From Octopus vulgaris (lineage: Eukaryota), in contig OX597816.1 of NCBI GenBank assembly GCA_951406725.2, forward strand, positions 108,004,001-108,068,000: a stretch of DNA of 64,000 bases. Direction: 5' to 3'. The translations under genes were made by a program, and so were the position numbers. This document shows, piece by piece, positions 25,096-37,680 of this stretch (positions are counted from its first letter, which is position 1; each line of letters opens with the position of its first letter). The notes under the pieces are model-generated. The model saw only the letters and a list, made by a program, of their open reading frames with translations, ran no database searches and was not told the origin of the DNA.

Positions 25096-26500
25096 CACAT
25101 GCATATACATTTGCACAAGCACATAGTAATTAATATATAAGCGTACACACACATACAAACGGACATATACATACACACACATACGCACACAAGCATGCAT
25201 ACACTTCGTGAGTTGCCCCTTGCCGCAACATATTTACACAAAAGGTAAATAAACCAGAAGGCGGGGGTCAATGTTTCATCGTTTCGGGGTCGATAAATTA
25301 AGTACCAATTACACACTGGTGACGAGTTTATATCACAGCTTCCGACAAGCTGGGGCATCCTTTTATGAAAAAATATTTCGCAAATTTTTACAATACGACT
25401 CACACTCCACGCGCAAACTCTAGACCGCTTTAGGCATATTATTGTTTTGTTTTTGTTGTTTCTGGCCCTTCAAAACCATTGGAGAAGCCTTTTCGGTAAA
25501 AAAAATAAAGAAAATATTAAAAAAATATCGTTGATATTTTTATTGGGCGACGAAATTCATCGATTTAAGAGATATAGCTGTTATTTCTAGCAGAAGACAG
25601 AAGAGAGAAGGATGAATAAGACGTGTCTGTGTGTGAGTTTTTAGACGCAGCAAATGATTTGAGCTCAAATGCTAGGATTTCATTGGTTAAAATTCGAAGA
25701 ATTAAACTACGTTAAAGTTACAAATTACAAAATTGGTTTCAATCTTGTTTACAATAATGTTTTCTTTTGACACATTCTACCAGTATACAAAGTTTCAAAT
25801 TGTTTAGTTAACTAGAAAATTCCGTCCATCAAAAAGAAAAGATCCCAAGTTCCTTCTTTGTATGAAAATTATTAATTCCAACAGCCAGGTCGATATCATT
25901 CCGTAGATTTTCAGTTGGCTTCTGCACATCATTATAATAATTTGGTATTGTTATATCGATAATTAGTGTAATCTCATTATTTCTATGTTCTTTCCACGTT
26001 AAATGTGTTATTTGTGGTTTGTTGAACGCAAAGTTTGATAACAGTTTCACTTATTCATTTTCTATGACATGTAAAGGTACACATGAGTCAAAAAATATTT
26101 CCCCCCAAGATATTGAAATTAGATGGCATGTTATATTTAACAGCTTAATTACTGATATAATATGGTATAATATTTCAGAAGCTCCTCAAGCCGTGCAACA
26201 CTTACCAACTATATTCTTTCGGTTGATCTAGGGATGATTATTTGCACCCTTTTTATCGTCAATTTGGTTGCTTAACTCTGAAGAGTTTGTTCGTTTAGAT
26301 CAGAGTCCACCATTGTCGAATTTCTATGCTAAGAGAATATCCGTTTTTGCTTTGGTTTTGTTTAGTCTTTAGTTGTTTGAAATCCAGTTCCATTTCTTGT
26401 GAGAATTTTCTTATTCTGGATATAGTCGATTTACAACATTTTGTTTGAGTATAATTAATAAAGATTCTTAATCCTTCTAGTGAGTTGAAAAAGTAGTGAG
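24580..26500 (-). pseudogene. Decayed R4/Dong-type LINE 3' part (RLE), interrupted by a MITE
   Basis: NKPQITHL...TLIIDITIPNYYN...DLAV (25850-26050) continues across the MITE as FVIGADGMI...FQEIVMLASVNIVKAF (24580-24715). Confidence 0.6.
24724..25845. mobile_element. Non-autonomous DNA transposon with ~200-bp TIRs and 8-bp TSD (MULE- or Merlin-like)
   Basis: 24724-24955 is the inverted copy of 25645-25845 (ggatcttttcttt...aaagaaaagatcc); caagttcc duplicated at 24716-24723 and 25846-25853. Confidence 0.92.
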
Positions 26501-26559
26501 TTAATTTTAATAACTGCCCTCATAACTTGCACCCTGTCGCTGAATAAACAATATTTTCA

Positions 26560-27318
26560 CGGAAAATAACAACCTCATCTGTAGAGTGATAGTGTAAAGG
26601 AAGCGGTTGTGGTTGAGCTTTTTCCCTTTTACTTAGCCACTGTTTACGATGTTTAACATTTCAATAGAAGATCTATTTTTCGTCACCAGTTACAAGTCTG
26701 TCCAAAAAGGGTGAAATGAGTTCGCGAGAATGGAGAGAAGAGCAGATGTGAACTCAGGATTTGCGGTGGCTTTCGGACAATTCATGAGGCACCCATTTTC
26801 CAAGTTTAGGAACCTTTCCAAGTTGTTGAAGATGAAAAATTGTATGGTTTGAACTAAGCTTTATTGCCAATTCTTCTACTGATAATGCAGGATATTCTTC
26901 AAGTAATGCGTCAAGAGGATTATCATCAAACTCAACTGGACATCATGTTCGACCTTCATCTTCAAGGCTGAAATCTCCACTTCTGAATTTTGCGAACCAT
27001 GTTCTGCAAGTTCTTTCATTCAAGCATTCTTTCCCATAAACTGAGTGCATGTTTCGACTCGCTTCGGCTGCAGAGTTTCCTTTTTTGTACTCATAAAGCA
27101 ATATGTGCCTCAAATGCTCTTTGGATACTTCCATGTTAGAAAGGGTTTTAATCAAAGAAATTTTAATTCTATTATTCTGTAATAATATTTAATTAGTTCA
27201 AATGTACACAAATGCATAAAAATAATTTTAAATTCCATTACACATTCTAAAATACTATTAAATTTCATTCAGTTTTAAAAAAGGTAAAATCGGACAGAAC
27301 TTATGGGATGACCTGATA
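26560..27318 (-). mobile_element. 3'-truncated mariner of a second family with decayed transposase
   Basis: MEVSKEHLRHILLYEYKKGNSAAEA...WFAKFRSGDFSLEDE HTH; WVPHEL and VTGDEK motifs; 5' TIR tatcaggtcatcccataagttctg. Confidence 0.9.
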
Positions 27319-27539
27319 AAATACTAACAGACAAAAAAGCACAGAAAAATACTAACACAGAGAAGTACAGAAAAATATGTAATATACTAACGCACAGAGA
27401 AATTAAAATAAAACATGCGGGTGAAAAGAATCTCGTGGTATGAAGAATTAAGTGTGAAAAGTCAACATAAACAACAGCGGTACAGACAACGTTGAACCAC
27501 AACGCAGCGTGTGGTTGTCATGGTAGCAAGCTGCTAATG

Positions 27540-27736
27540 CTACACTGTCTCTTGATTGGCTAAAATTACCCAAATTTCCTAACTTTAATGCCGAATAACA
27601 TCAGATTCTTTAATTTTCGAGATAAAGTAATTGACTGATCGCAATCAGAATTCAGAGTTGCATTGATACACCAAAATTGAAAGCAATCTGAACAAAATTA
27701 AGTGGGGTTATTTGTGAATGAGAAAGACTAGATCCC
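27540..27736. mobile_element. Single long-TIR arm of a DNA transposon ending ...actagatccc
   Basis: gattggctaaaattacc and the gatcc terminus resemble the MITE arms at 25645-25845 and 13862. Confidence 0.45.
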
Positions 27737-27739
27737 ATC

Positions 27740-28149
27740 GCGGATTTTTCTGGCTAATATATGTAAATTTATATTGCGGTCGATAGGTATTTATATATTT
27801 TTAGGTTTTAAATATTTCCGTGGTAGAATATACATTTTCACGCCTAAAAATTAAAAAATTAATAAATAAAAATACAGTACAGCACTACAATGTATAATAC
27901 GTTAATTAAGATATAGTGAAACAAAACAGGTAATGTACCGTAGATGAGTAAATAAAGAATCGCACATAATGCATGGAAAACGAAACTCGAGAGGCATGTG
28001 TGCGGTGTTGCTTTATATTTATAATAAAATAAATATATACAAATCATTAAAAAATATAGAGAGTACAGTACTGTTTCTACTTCGTGGATTTTCACCTATT
28101 GCGGGGAATTTTGGAACGTAATACCCGCGATAGTCGAGGATTCACTGTA
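27740..28149. mobile_element. pogo/Tigger-like non-autonomous fragment
   Basis: Terminus cgcgatagtcgaggattcactg-TA (reverse: TA-cagtgaatcctcg) with subterminal cgcggattttc repeats. Confidence 0.6.
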
Positions 28150-28278
28150 TAAATTTATATATATATATATGAGTGCAGGGGGATAGAATAAGTCCTGTGG
28201 TCGATTTCTTCGACTAAAACCCTCTAAAGCAGTGCTCCATCATGGTCGCATTCAAATAACTGAAACTAGTAAAATAAT

Positions 28279-28325
<47 letters not shown>

Positions 28326-28330
28326 GTATA

Positions 28331-28334
<4 letters not shown>

Positions 28335-28365
<31 letters not shown>

Positions 28366-28657
28366 AAACTGTAGTTGTGTGTGTGTCTGTCTACTCCCAT
28401 TTAACTTCCTAACTACTCCCACATTTTGCGGTGCAGTTTAACCAAGAGCGGGAATCTTATAGTCGTGATTCATATCGAGCCCTTCTGGGTATTAGCGCGC
28501 CTCTACGATGAGTCTTCGATTTAAAAAAAAATTACCATAATTTTTCCCCATTTTAATCCATTTTTCGCTCGGTTTTATATAAGGGAAGTAACTCTCTAAA
28601 AATGCTTATATAGTTATTTCCCTTACAAACCCGAGCAACGCCGGGCGATACTGCTAG
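28335..28657 (+). mobile_element. Non-autonomous Helitron
   Basis: A|TC 5' end, subterminal hairpin cccgagcaacgccggg, CTAG|T 3' end, no TSD, inserted in (TA)n. Confidence 0.85.
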
Positions 28658-28866
28658 TATATATATAAGTGCAGGGGGATAGAATAAGTCCTGAGGTTGA
28701 TTTCTTCGACTAAAACCCTATAGGGCAGTGCTCCATCATGGTCGCATTCAAATAACTGAAACTAGTAAAAGAATAAAAGATATATATATATATATGTGTG
28801 TGTGTATATATATATGTGTGTGTGTGTGGGTATGTGTGTGTATGTATGTATTTATATGTATGGAGT

Positions 28867-28943
<77 letters not shown>

Positions 28944-28952
28944 GGATAGATA
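28867..28952. repeat. (GATA)n microsatellite
   Basis: Direct reading. Confidence 0.95.
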
Positions 28953-31482
28953 GGTACGTAGGTAGAGAGATATCCTCTCCCTTATATACTTATACAGATA
29001 CATTATATACACGTACATACATACATACACACACAATCACACTTTATTTTGTCGGTTTGTCGAGGAGGAAGCGCAACGCTGGAGTGAGATAGTCAGACGA
29101 AAAGTGCTGATTGCTTTGATGATAGGAGGTCAGTACGAAAATAACAATAAAATTACCAAGAACACCACTGCCAAATACTACTACTACTATTACTACTGAT
29201 ATAGTCTCTAATGCTGTACCTAGTCAAAGTGAATCAATAACATTTTCTTGGAAGTCGATAATGTCATTCGGAAATTCCTGACTACTTCATTATTCTGTTT
29301 CTTTCCTCCTTTAAAAGAGTCTCATTATGCATAGTCAGAAAGTAATCAATATATTTTTCGTAAACGTAGAGGTGGCTGAAGCAACGCCGCTCCAGATTGA
29401 AGGTTCCGTAGAATTTCAATTCTTTTTGCCAGGATCCATCCAGTTCAAATCATATTAGACACGTCTGTATCCTTAATGTATAGAGCTGTTGAAGTCATAA
29501 CGTTTTTTGTGTCCTATACTAATATGTTTCTTGTATTTAAGGTAGAAGGAGCTGATTGTCTATCCTACATTGGCACATATTCTATAACTATCATCGTATA
29601 GATATTGAAATTCGTGTGAATATATTTGAGACCTTGCTTAACATTCTATCGAATTTCAAATAGGCACAAATAGGCACTGTAATCCACAAGTGATGTTTTC
29701 TGGGGATGTTGTGGTCTACAAGAAGAGGAAAAGTGCGACATAGTTACTATTAGCAGGGCCTGAGAGATGGAGATAGAGAAAAAAACAGGAAGAAAGAGCG
29801 GCTCATAGTTTGTTGCTGATAGAAATAAAATACCAACTGGTTGCATAGTTAAGAAGTTCGTTCGTTTTCGCAACTACGTGGCTTCACTTTTAACTGCTCT
29901 ACTTGATACACTGAGCAACAACTTTAATAATTCGGATCTACCAAAGTCATTTACTGGAGGGAACTTGTGTGAAATTCACAGTAGGGAACATGTCAGAGGG
30001 GTCGTTCCTGCTTTTGGTAGACAATCTTAATCTGTTAACAGGTTTAACACCACCATGTGGCCCATGTATGACTTTAGCGGAATTCACTCTATTGCATGCT
30101 GTTGGATCGAGCTTCTATGCTGAGGATAATTTTAACTTTAGAGGCGCAAACAGGAGGTCAAAATGTCATGGATGTTTTCTTCTCCCTCTTCTCCTTCATC
30201 AATAAGAAACAATTTTAAAAATTATCAAGTTATCTTTGTACATGACACTTTTCCAAATATTTACCGAAGTCGGGAGCGATTCATAAAGCTCATAATTTGA
30301 CAAACTGTTGAGTTCAGTTCCCCTGTGGGAACAATTGTCTGCGACAAACTATGGTAAGAATGACTTTTTTTTGCCCAGCAATCATACGTAAATCGTAGGT
30401 AAACACTGGTCACTTAGGTTATTACCATTTGAAAAAGAATTAGATGTTGAGCTGGCTTAAAAATATTGATTAAATAATCAACTTAATTTCCGAAATTGTA
30501 TGGTCCGAACTAAATGTCTTTCACTATTTATTTGTGTATCCCTGAGTTGAGTTCAAATCCCTGCATCACGATGAAATAAGTACCAGTCATGTACGGGTAC
30601 AGATTTAAACAATTATATACTTTCTATAAAATTGTACAAGACTTTCAATTACAATTAGAAATCAATATTCTCTTCCCAAAATGTTAAACAATAATACAAC
30701 TGGGGGTTAAATAAAGGAGATGTTATTTTCAATAAAGTTATGTAAACGGTTATTAAAAACGTGCTCTACATTTAGCCGATCGATCTTTGCTTCTAAACGT
30801 CGTTCAATGTTCACAGATTCTATTTTTGTCATTTTTTTTTCGTTATCTTTATTGTTTTAGATAATGTATAATTTTGATAAAGTAAAATTCCAAGTCTTTC
30901 GCATTTAAATAGATTTTCACCAGCTTCTCTTTTATCATTTTCTCTCTCTGTATTTTCGATATTTTCTGTTATTATTTTCCATTCTATTTTGCAATCACAT
31001 TGTCTTGCCTTTATTTAACGAAATTAAATTCTAATAACGAGAATAAGTGTGATTCCCTTGGACGAAATGAAATGAGAATATCTAGAAACTATATTTACTT
31101 TCCAAGAAGTTGATTAAGATTTTATCTGATTGTTTTGACTGGATTTTAAATAAAAATAAGTTAGCTTAATTGTTTTCCTAATCAAACACAATATTTATTG
31201 AATTCAAACTTCTTCTCTCTAGATACAGTTTGAATATTACTTCAGTCTTTAGTTTTTATAAAATAACTAGAATATTACTAGCGGGTGTTTTGAAACGAAG
31301 TTTCATTTAAATGAATTTTATGTCTGAAAGACAGACGTGGTTATAATGTACTTTAAATAATAATGGCATGATTCAGAGTTCTGTTAGTGGGGCGAAGCGG
31401 CAGAAAACTGAGTATGTCATTAATACTTTATATCATCGAGTTCAGAAGGATGAAAGACAAACTTGAAAGAAACAGGAAAATG

Positions 31483-31510
<28 letters not shown>

Positions 31511-31513
<3 letters not shown>

Positions 31514-32740
31514 GAGTACCTGTGGCCAGTGAGAAAAATATTGGCTTCAAAGCTGAATGCTAGAAATATAATCGGCAATAAACTCCTGCACAGTCGCAGC
31601 AGTTCGGTATGGTGCTGGAGTCCTGAATGGACAGAAGAAGAACTAAAAAGAAATGAACAGGAAGTCAAGAAAGCATCTAACGATGCATGGAGTCCATCGA
31701 CCATGTGCAGACACTGATCGCCTCTACATGAAGGAAGGGGACTGGTAAGTGTGGAAGACTGCGTGCGTATCGAATTAGAGAACTTAATGAGATATCTAGC
31801 CCAAAGTAAGGAAACCTTGGTAGCGAAAGTTAGGAACGAGAAAGTATTGAGAGCAGGGAAAAAGGGAAAACAAAGGAAGAAAGGAAGAAATGCCAAAAAC
31901 AAAACTAGAAAACACAAAGGAGAATTACACAAGAAAGGACCACACAATCGATTCCATCTGACGACATAAGAAGTTGCCGGAAAAATAGGTGGGATTGTCT
32001 GATGAAAGACACCCTAAAAAAAGACACCGAGAGCACTATACTGACAGTGCAAGACCAAGCTTTGGTCAAGAACTGGAGGTTCAACCTTAAGAATGAGCAA
32101 GTGTCTCCGCTGTGCCGCAAATGCAATAGAATGGATATCAAGAACGAATGCCCTAGATTTGCCCAAATCTACTACTACAAGTTGTGGCGACACAACCAGG
32201 TAGCGAAGTGCTACATTGGAAACTGTGCGAAAAGTGAGGGGTAGAGAGATGCAAGACGTCGTATGAGCACAAACCGTAGAAAGTGGATAAGTTGGAGATT
32301 AGCAAAATTCTGTGGTACTCTCCAATCCAAACAGATCAGGTGCTACAGCATAAGAGATCGGACCTAGTGGTGGTGGACAACGAGCGCCACATATGCTTTA
32401 TAGTTTATGTTGCAAGAAGGAAGGCGAAAAGACAGATAGATACAACCCTCTTAAATATCAAATAGCTCGGCTATGGAAATTGAAGAAGGGGAATATAATG
32501 TCAATTATTGTTGGATCCTTAGGAACCGTATCAGAAGGCATCAAGAGGAATATAAAGGAAATTGGAATAGAGTGCCTAGTAGACCTGTTACAAAAGTGTT
32601 TCCTCCTCGGCACGGCCAGAATAATCAGGAAAGTATTAGACAGCTGAAAAGAACGAATAGTATGGTTCTGTAGGCTGCAGGTAGTAAGCCCGCTACACAT
32701 GCAAGACTCCAGGAGCGCCAACAAAACCTGTGATAAAGAG
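31511..32740 (+). mobile_element. 5'-truncated R4/Dong-type LINE (post-RT, zinc knuckle, RLE, 3'UTR) between (TAA)n tracts
   Basis: RKILASKLNARN, GRGLVSVED, ESTILTVQDQAL, PLCRKC, RHNQVAK, KILWYSPIQTD...HKRSDLVVVD, IIVGSLGTV, LLQKCFLLGTARIIRKVL; multiple frameshifts. Confidence 0.92.
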
Positions 32741-32771
<31 letters not shown>

Positions 32772-32784
32772 TGATGATGATAAT

Positions 32785-33080
32785 ATGGAAACTACGAAAA
32801 GTGGTGACTAGAGAGAAGCAAGACGTGGTATGAGAACAAACCGTCAAGACTAGCAAAATCTGGGATCTCTCAATCCAAACAAATCAGGTGCTAGAGAATA
32901 ACAGACCGGACCTGGTGGTGGTCGACAAGATGCACCACATGTGCCTTACAGTTGATGTTGCGTGCTTGTTTGACCCAGGAATAGTCAAGAAGAATGGCGA
33001 AAAAATAGATAAATACAACTCTCTTAAGGACTAAACAGCCCGGCTATGGAAAATGAAGATGGTAAAGATAGCGCCAATTA
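32785..33080 (+). pseudogene. Second R4/Dong-type RLE fragment
   Basis: IWDLSIQTNQVLENNRPDLVVVDK...VDVACLFD...EKIDKY...ARLWKMK. Confidence 0.85.
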
Positions 33081-33339
33081 AATGCAATTCTCAAGTAGTA
33101 AAGAGGTTTTAAACAGGAGCGATATATCCAAAATTGGTGAAACTTAAAATTGTTGAGGCTAAATTAAATATATAATTGTTACTGAATATGTTATTATTAT
33201 TTAATTACTGAACGGTTTCGCTGCATTTGTTTATGTAGTTTTAATTCTTTATCCATCAGTTTCTACTAAAATAGAGACGCGAGGAAAATTGATAATAGAG
33301 AAACGAAAATATACTTTGGAAACAGCAACGACGCCATAA

Positions 33340-33620
33340 CTTACGTGGAAACGATGAACGTGTTTTCAAGGGAGATAATCAGAGAAAGAACGTAAGATCG
33401 TAATACTTCATGTAAAGTAAAGTAAATATAACAAATAATCCAGAACCCTTGTTCTGTACCGGATCGATCCCAAAATCTAATCGGTTCGTGCCAGTCACGA
33501 GGCCAAACATCTTTGAAAGTTTCATCAGAATCCATCCAGTGGTTCTTGAGAGATCTTGTCCAAGGGCAAACAAACACGAATGAAAACAATACCTTCGCCT
33601 TCGCTAAGTCGGAGGTAATA
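33340..33620 (-). mobile_element. Helentron-associated (HINE/DINE-1-like) non-autonomous element fragment
   Basis: Terminal hairpin attacctccgacttagcgaaggcgaaggtat, (gttt) run and ggatggattctgatgaaact block. Family assignment is from recall. Confidence 0.5.
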
Positions 33621-33684
33621 ATATTAATAGTTTCAAATTTTGCCACAAGAGCAACCAGTTTGGGGATGGGTTACTCGACCTAAA

Positions 33685-33892
33685 GAAAAATCTATCTGGA
33701 CTCTACCTACAAAGTCATGTGCTGTTATTTTGATATGAGATCACCATGTCGCGCACACATGGTTGTGATGCATGTGCTTGATGTAGCCTTACCAGACGTG
33801 TAGTCATGATGGGTATACTAGGCTTCGTATATTTTGCTCAAATGTCACTTTGATGGTATGCACTGTTCTCTCACTCAATAGTAATAATAATA
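33685..33892 (+). mobile_element. 3' end of an unclassified retroposon ending in an (AAT)n tail
   Basis: GC-richer block ending ctctcactcaatagtaataataa. Confidence 0.4.
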
Positions 33893-34810
33893 GTTTCTTT
33901 ATTAACCACCAAGTTTTTCCAAATGTTTGAGGATAATGCAGGACAATATAGTGCAATGTCGGTTTACATAAACAAAACGTTTAAACAATTAAAACACAAA
34001 AACAAAACGCAAGATGTTTGAACATGATTAATTCTCTATTATTTTTTAAAAAGTGATGACACATCCGAGTGCTATTCGTGGGAGCACCACAAAACCACGC
34101 CCACCCTGATTACTGGGGTAGATACCGCTCCTCCTATTCCACCCTCAATCTGCAGGGGTATTCTCAGAACCTCTCCGTTCACTAGGATCATCCTTGCCCC
34201 TCTGTCGTTTGACTACACAGCCTCTTTCACAGAGCAACCAGACAGATAAACATTGCTTGCTCTTCCCAGCAAAAGAAATGCAGTGGGGCGAACTTCACAA
34301 TAGTCTCTGCCGACAGCAGGAACCGTATTGCTCGAAACAACGGGTGTTCGACATAAATCCAGAACTCTGAAATGTTTGAATACTGGACAAGTGCGTACAG
34401 AAAATTTCGTGTTCTGTGCGCATTTCGGACATGCCTGACTGACAGCATTTCCATGCCTATAGAGTTTATCTCGAAAAGGTAATCTCAATACGCACCATTG
34501 CACTGCCAGGTCACAGTTTTATGGATATTATCCATGGATCGCGGCCTGAAAGTCCTCCGGAATAAACTAGTAATTGATTTCATTCCAACGCCCAGAATCT
34601 CTCCGAGAAAGTCATCGTTCTGTCCACCACTAACATAATATAGAACACCAAAGCGCTTCCAACGACTGGATTGCCCGACTAGCAGAGGGCTGAGAGCATT
34701 TGACGACTCTTAAAAAAACAGGTACCTTGCCTCGGTCTACACTTGATCCAGTATTGCAGGTCAGACAAAAAAAGGAACTGTGAAAAAGGGAGTCAAGCAG
34801 CCGATAACCA
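33893..34810 (-). pseudogene. L1/Tx1-clade LINE 3' fragment (post-RT zf-RVT region and 3'UTR)
   Basis: TFRPRSMDN...LPFRDKLYRHGNAVSQACPKCAQ...HALVQ-like...FWIYVE; ends aataaagaaa on the minus strand. Confidence 0.7.
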
Positions 34811-35069
34811 CACCTACTTACTGTGAATGAAAAGCTACAGATGTCGCAATCTCAGCGCATGTCTGGACATCACAAACCACGTCATTCTCAGTCCTCCACT
34901 CAACGGCTGTTGACAACAAATGGAGCACCCAATAAATCTCTGTGATTTCAAGCTTCCTGAAGAACAGCATGTCCGTGGGAATACAAATATCCAAGCATAC
35001 CACTCTAATGGAGCACTGACCACAAAAATATTAATATAACTGCAGGATTTTCCAAGCTGACTCACTGTC

Positions 35070-36755
35070 ACCTTTAATTCTTTGCACAGCCCTAATAACC
35101 CTTACAAGTGAACTTTATAGAACAGGGTATGGATATAAAACTGGCGCCAAGAAAAGAAGTCGTCTATTTTATATGGATGAATTAAAATTCTATGGCAAAG
35201 ACGATAATGAACTTGAAAGACTACTAGGTACTGTGAAAGCAGTCAGTGATGAAATCGAGATGGAATTTGGTCTTGATAAATGTGCTAAGACCAGTTTCCA
35301 GAAAGGGAAATTGGAGACTTCACATTCAGTGATGTTGGATGTTGACACAATCATAAAAGAACTTGAGCAGGAGCAAACTTACAAATACCTCGGCATATTT
35401 GAGGATTCTGGCATTCAGCATACAAGCATAAAAGAGAAGATCAGGAGGGAATGTCACAGGCGAGTTCTAGCAGTCCTAAAATCCGAGTTAAATGCACGTA
35501 ACAAGGTGTTAGCTATAAATTCCTTAGCAGTTCCGGTTGTTATTTACAATTTCAAGGTGCTGGCAGGAAAATCCGTAAGCTGCTGACTTGCACTACACTA
35601 AAGTAGACACAGGTCTTCTTTACTTACCCAGAGCTCAAGAAGGTCGAAGTTTGATCCAATTTGAAATCTCTTACAAAACCACCAAAATTGGACTGTCAAA
35701 ATACCTTGAACGATCTAATGACTGGATGCTAAAGCTCGTTGAAAATCACGAAAGAGGTAAGAAACTTCATTCTGTTATGAAGGAGAACAAAAAATTTTCA
35801 ATTGACTGATAGGTGGGAACAAAAACCTTTGCCTGGCAAATATGTGGCCCGTAGCAAACAAGCTGATGTAGGCCAGAAGTACACCCATCAGTGGCTATGG
35901 AGCTCAGGGCTAAAGGCAAAAAGTGAAGGCTTTATCTTGGCTGCTCAAGATCAGAGCTTATTGACCCGGAACTATCAAGCAAATGTGATGAAAAATGGTG
36001 TTGACACAAAGTGCCAATACTGAAACTATGGGATTGAAACAGTGGACCACCTAATTTTAGCACCTGTAGGGTACAAATCAAGCCATGACAGAGTTGGCCA
36101 ATATCTACATTAGATAATGTGTCGGCATTATAAAATCAAAGCTTCTGAAAAATAGTGCAGACACCACCCTGAGGCTGTAACTGAAGGAGAACATGTAACG
36201 ATTCTTTGGGACTTTCCAGTATGTACAGAGCGGACCATCAAAGCAAATAAATCAGATATTGTTGTGAAAAACCAAAACAATAAACTCTGATTATTGATTG
36301 ACATGAGCATACCCTGTGACCATAATATATCGGCAAAAGGATTTTATAAGCTCAGAAAATATAAAGATTTGTTAATCGAAATCGAAAACTTGTGGCATCT
36401 CAAGACGGTTAAAATAGCAGTGATTATAAGAACACTTGGAGTTATTTAAGAAAGATCCCTGGCTTACCATCCATGCAGGAAATGAAAAAGATTGTTTTAA
36501 CTGGCACGTCACGCGTACTGAGAAGAGCATTGTCTCTGAGAATTTTTTTCCCTTTTCCTTTTTATTTTCTTTGTTTACTTTTTTATTTTTACCCTTTTCA
36601 CTCTGTGTTTTACCCACTTTTCTCTATCACATGCCTTTGTAAATGAACAACATGGTGTGTTTATTTTAATGGCCTACCTATTTATACAGTGCGTTTCTCT
36701 GCCCTAGGTGTCAGGAAGACATTTGGCAAGAAGTGAAAACAGAATTGAAAGATGA
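35070..36755 (+). mobile_element. 5'-truncated R4/Dong-type LINE (RT C-half, zinc knuckle, RLE, 3'UTR), decayed
   Basis: FYMDELKFYGK...MEFGLDKCAK...YKYLGI...SELNARNKVLAINSLAVPV; LYLPRAQEGRSL; SEGFILAAQDQSL; ILWDFPV...ANKSDIVV...IDMSIPCD. Confidence 0.93.
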
Positions 36756-37115
36756 TAATGAAAATAAAAATAACGGTAATACTAATAATTTATAACTTAA
36801 TCACAGTTTTAGCAACGTCATTAGAAACAGAGGTAACAACTGCAGTAATACTAACAGCAATACTAATGGTGGCATTATACTGATATATCGTATCGAGATC
36901 TGTGAGAAAATGTGTTTAGTCGATAAATTGTAATGATTGACTTTCGTGAATTCATATCTTCGTGTGCCCAATTTACATCTGTCAGAGAAAGTTGGCAGTT
37001 AATGCATAGCATGATTTATTAGTAATGCTAGTATTGATGGAGATATTGATACTCCCTAACAATGCCACCCATCAAAGAAGTAATCAATGCTATGATGTAT
37101 GCATGCATACATGCT

Positions 37116-37178
<63 letters not shown>

Positions 37179-37357
37179 CTGTATATATATATGTATACAG
37201 ATACATACATACATACATATATATATATAGAGAGAGAGAGATATGTGTGTGTGTGTGTGTGTGTTTATATATATATATATAATATATATATATGTACATA
37301 TACATACATATATATATATATATATACATATATACATATACATACATATATATATAT

Positions 37358-37403
<46 letters not shown>

Positions 37404-37499
37404 CGAATGGTTTATACCTGGTATCTTACTGGTAAGGCACGATAGTTTTCAGTGTTCGTCATGTATTTGGTTGATGCAGTAACTAATGAAAACGCGCGT

Positions 37500-37533
<34 letters not shown>

Positions 37534-37638
37534 TTATATATATATGCATTTATACATTCATGTATAATATACATTTATATTTGTATGTATGTATATACAT
37601 ATGCATTTATACATGTATGTATAATATACATTTATATT

Positions 37639-37680
<42 letters not shown>

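Noticed and set aside
33515-33535. ctgatgaaac on the minus strand
   Set aside because: No stem II between CTGATGA and GAAA; part of the HINE-like element.
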